A stretch of 43,652 nucleotides of DNA, taken from Thermodesulfobacteriota bacterium (GTDB taxonomy: Bacteria > Desulfobacterota > Desulfobulbia > Desulfobulbales > DAOVYS01). The translations under genes and the position numbers were made by a program. The stretch's first letter is position 1; each line of letters starts with the position of its first letter. This document shows positions 42,043-43,652 of this stretch, piece by piece. The DNA is taken from contig JAYEGR010000049.1 in NCBI GenBank assembly GCA_034659175.1, positions 1 through 43,652 of the forward strand, written 5' to 3'. Below the pieces are notes generated by a model. It worked only from the letters and a program-made list of their open reading frames with translations. It was not told the DNA's origin and did no database searches.

Positions 42043-43041
42043 TTAAAGTTCCACTTCCTTTAAAAACCTCGCTGCATCCTCCGGCGGGGTGGGATTAATG
42101 TAAAAACCGGCCCCCCACTCGAATCCGGCAATCGTGGTCAGTTTGGGCATGATTTCAAAATGCCAGTGAAAATGTTCAAGCGGCTGTGAGCGTAAAGGTG
42201 ACGTGTGAAGGACAAAATTGTACGGGACATCCGGAATGCACTTGTCAAGACGTCTGAGACTTTCAGAAAATATTTTTGTGAGCATTTTAAAATCATCATC
42301 ATCCATTGAGTGGTAAGAACATGAATGCTTTTTGGGAAGGATCCACATTTCAAACGGTGAGCGCGGTGCATATGGTGTGATTGTGATAAAATGGTCGTTT
42401 TCGCAGACTAGACGAATATTCTGGTTCAACTCCTGACGAATAATGTCGCAGAAAATACAGCGTTCCTTGTATTTATAATAGGAAAGGCTTCCTTCCAGTT
42501 CGGATACGATCATTCGTGGCAGAATCGGCAGAGCCACCAGTTGTGAATGTGAGTGTTCAAGCGAGGCGCCTGCAGAGCGGCCGAAATTTTTAAAAATCAT
42601 GACATATTGGAAACGGGGATCACGGCCCAGATCGATCAGGCGGTCCCGATATGCCCGGAAAGTCAGAATCATCCTGTTGAGGGGCAGGTGGGTGAATGTT
42701 TCATCGTGGCTGGGAGTCTCGATTATTACTTCATGGGCTCCGATACCGTTCATCTTGTCGTACAGGCCTTCACCCTGTTTGTCCAATTCTCCCTCAATGA
42801 CTAAAGCTGGGTATTTGTTGGGCACAATCCTAAGTGACCATCCTGGCCTGTTGGGGGTCGGGTCGGATCGGCCATAAGCCAGTATCTCCGGGGGAGTTGT
42901 GTTCTCATTCCCTGGGCAGAGCGGACAGAAGCCACCTATGGTGGCAGGTTTTTCCACTATAAAATCCGTTGGCCTTTTGCCACGTTCCTTAGAAATAATG
43001 ATCCATCGTCCGACTATCGGATCTTTGCGTAGTTCCGGCAT
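42043..43041 (-). CDS. galT: galactose-1-phosphate uridylyltransferase family protein (HIT superfamily)
   Basis: 332 aa. N-terminal Cys/His zinc motif (CPLCPGNE), active-site HSHSQL (HxHxQ), RWIIIS... N-terminus typical of class I GalT. Confidence 0.85.
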   Translation of the reverse strand: MPELRKDPIVGRWIIISKERGKRPTDFIVEKPATIGGFCPLCPGNENTTPPEILAYGRSDPTPNRPGWSLRIVPNKYPALVIEGELDKQGEGLYDKMNGIGAHEVIIETPSHDETFTHLPLNRMILTFRAYRDRLIDLGRDPRFQYVMIFKNFGRSAGASLEHSHSQLVALPILPRMIVSELEGSLSYYKYKERCIFCDIIRQELNQNIRLVCENDHFITITPYAPRSPFEMWILPKKHSCSYHSMDDDDFKMLTKIFSESLRRLDKCIPDVPYNFVLHTSPLRSQPLEHFHWHFEIMPKLTTIAGFEWGAGFYINPTPPEDAARFLKEVEL

Positions 43042-43053
43042 GATGTTTTGCCC

Positions 43054-43416
43054 CTACCCTGATTGAGCTTTTTCGGATTGCTCTTGTTTTGTTTTGCATT
43101 CGATGCAACGAGTTGTGACCGGTCTGGCCTCCATTCGCTGGAATGCTATATCATCTCCGCATTCTTCGCAGATCCCGTACGTCTCGTCATCTATCCGTTT
43201 TATGGCCTTCTCGATTTTGGCAAGCAGTTTTCGTTCCCGGTCACGAATACGCAGTTCAAAATTACGATCTGATTCGGCGCTGGCACGATCCGTAGGGTCA
43301 GGATATTGAGAAGAATGATCCGTCATGTCGGAAATTGTTTTGTCTGCCTCAGATAGCAGTTCATCTTTCATTTTATCAAGTTTTTTCCTGAAGTGTTTCA
43401 GTTTTTCCTCATCCAT
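43054..43416 (-). CDS. DksA/TraR-family C4 zinc-finger protein
   Basis: 120 aa. Coiled-coil N-terminus and CEECGDDI...RCIECK four-Cys finger. Confidence 0.85.
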   Translation of the reverse strand: MDEEKLKHFRKKLDKMKDELLSEADKTISDMTDHSSQYPDPTDRASAESDRNFELRIRDRERKLLAKIEKAIKRIDDETYGICEECGDDIAFQRMEARPVTTRCIECKTKQEQSEKAQSG

Positions 43417-43506
43417 GCCGACTAATCTCCCTGAGTTACTGAGTTACGATTAATGCTTTTGTAAAAGTCAATGAGATGGTTAAACTTTATGCCTTTATCC
43501 CCCCCC

Positions 43507-43583
43507 CCTTCAGCCTTCAGCCTTCAACCTTCAGCCTTTAGCCTTCAACCTTCAGCCTTTAGCCTTCAACCTTCAGTCTTCAC
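43507..43583. repeat. tandem heptanucleotide array, 11 units of CCTTCAG/CCTTCAA/CCTTTAG, preceded by a C10 homopolymer
   Basis: Read directly: CCTTCAG CCTTCAG CCTTCAA CCTTCAG CCTTTAG CCTTCAA CCTTCAG CCTTTAG CCTTCAA CCTTCAG TCTTCAC. C10 at 43499-43508. Upstream (minus sense) of the dksA-like gene. Confidence 0.9.
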
Positions 43584-43652
43584 TGCAGGTGTATGTACCG
43601 CTTTTGCCGCCTTTTTTGGAGAGGAGCCTTATATTGCTGATTACCATGCCTT

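Noticed and set aside
43584-43652. Possible 3' end of another minus-strand gene at the right window edge.
   Set aside because: At most three codons before a stop would fall inside the window. That is not enough to call.

Overview
This is a chromosomal window of moderate GC. Gene content and protein flavour suggest a Desulfobacterota-type (deltaproteobacterial) genome, but that is an inference. There are three blocks. (1) 1-7594 (+) holds nucleotide-sugar and exopolysaccharide precursor genes: a partial sugar transferase, glmS, two SDR epimerases and two nucleotide-sugar dehydrogenases. (2) 7792-10002 (+) holds a sigma54 enhancer-binding protein and a PilZ protein. They face a ~13 kb minus-strand flagellar export/regulation operon, fliL-fliM-fliN-fliO-fliP-fliQ-fliR-flhB-flhA-flhF-flhG-fliA-cheY plus a FliL-like gene (23325 down to 10163), which sits behind a textbook sigma54 promoter. 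(3) 23780-43416 holds an orphan repeat-containing ORF, a TamA/BamA-TamB pair, aconitase, DUF362, maf, a secreted metallophosphoesterase, a TPR protein, a 3D-domain protein, glyS, a frameshifted folE2, a receiver protein, galT and a dksA-like gene. I saw no rRNA, tRNA or CRISPR. The unexplained signal is mostly non-coding. Two related families of ~130-200 nt hairpin-forming MITE-like elements are present, three copies each, with GTAAA termini; family A has perfect 8-bp target duplications. Three copies sit inside the flagellar operon, and one sits exactly between the flhG stop and the fliA start. All six copies are co-oriented with local transcription. There is also a third long-TIR element, several heptanucleotide repeat arrays, a 23-bp-arm perfect palindrome carrying two AGAAAATATTTTCT sites, and a 32-nt leader motif shared by both FliL paralogues. 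A perfect sigma54 promoter followed ~50 nt later by an intrinsic terminator is a candidate ~75-nt sigma54-dependent sRNA. All calls come from reading the sequence and from memory of protein families. Nothing was searched against a database.
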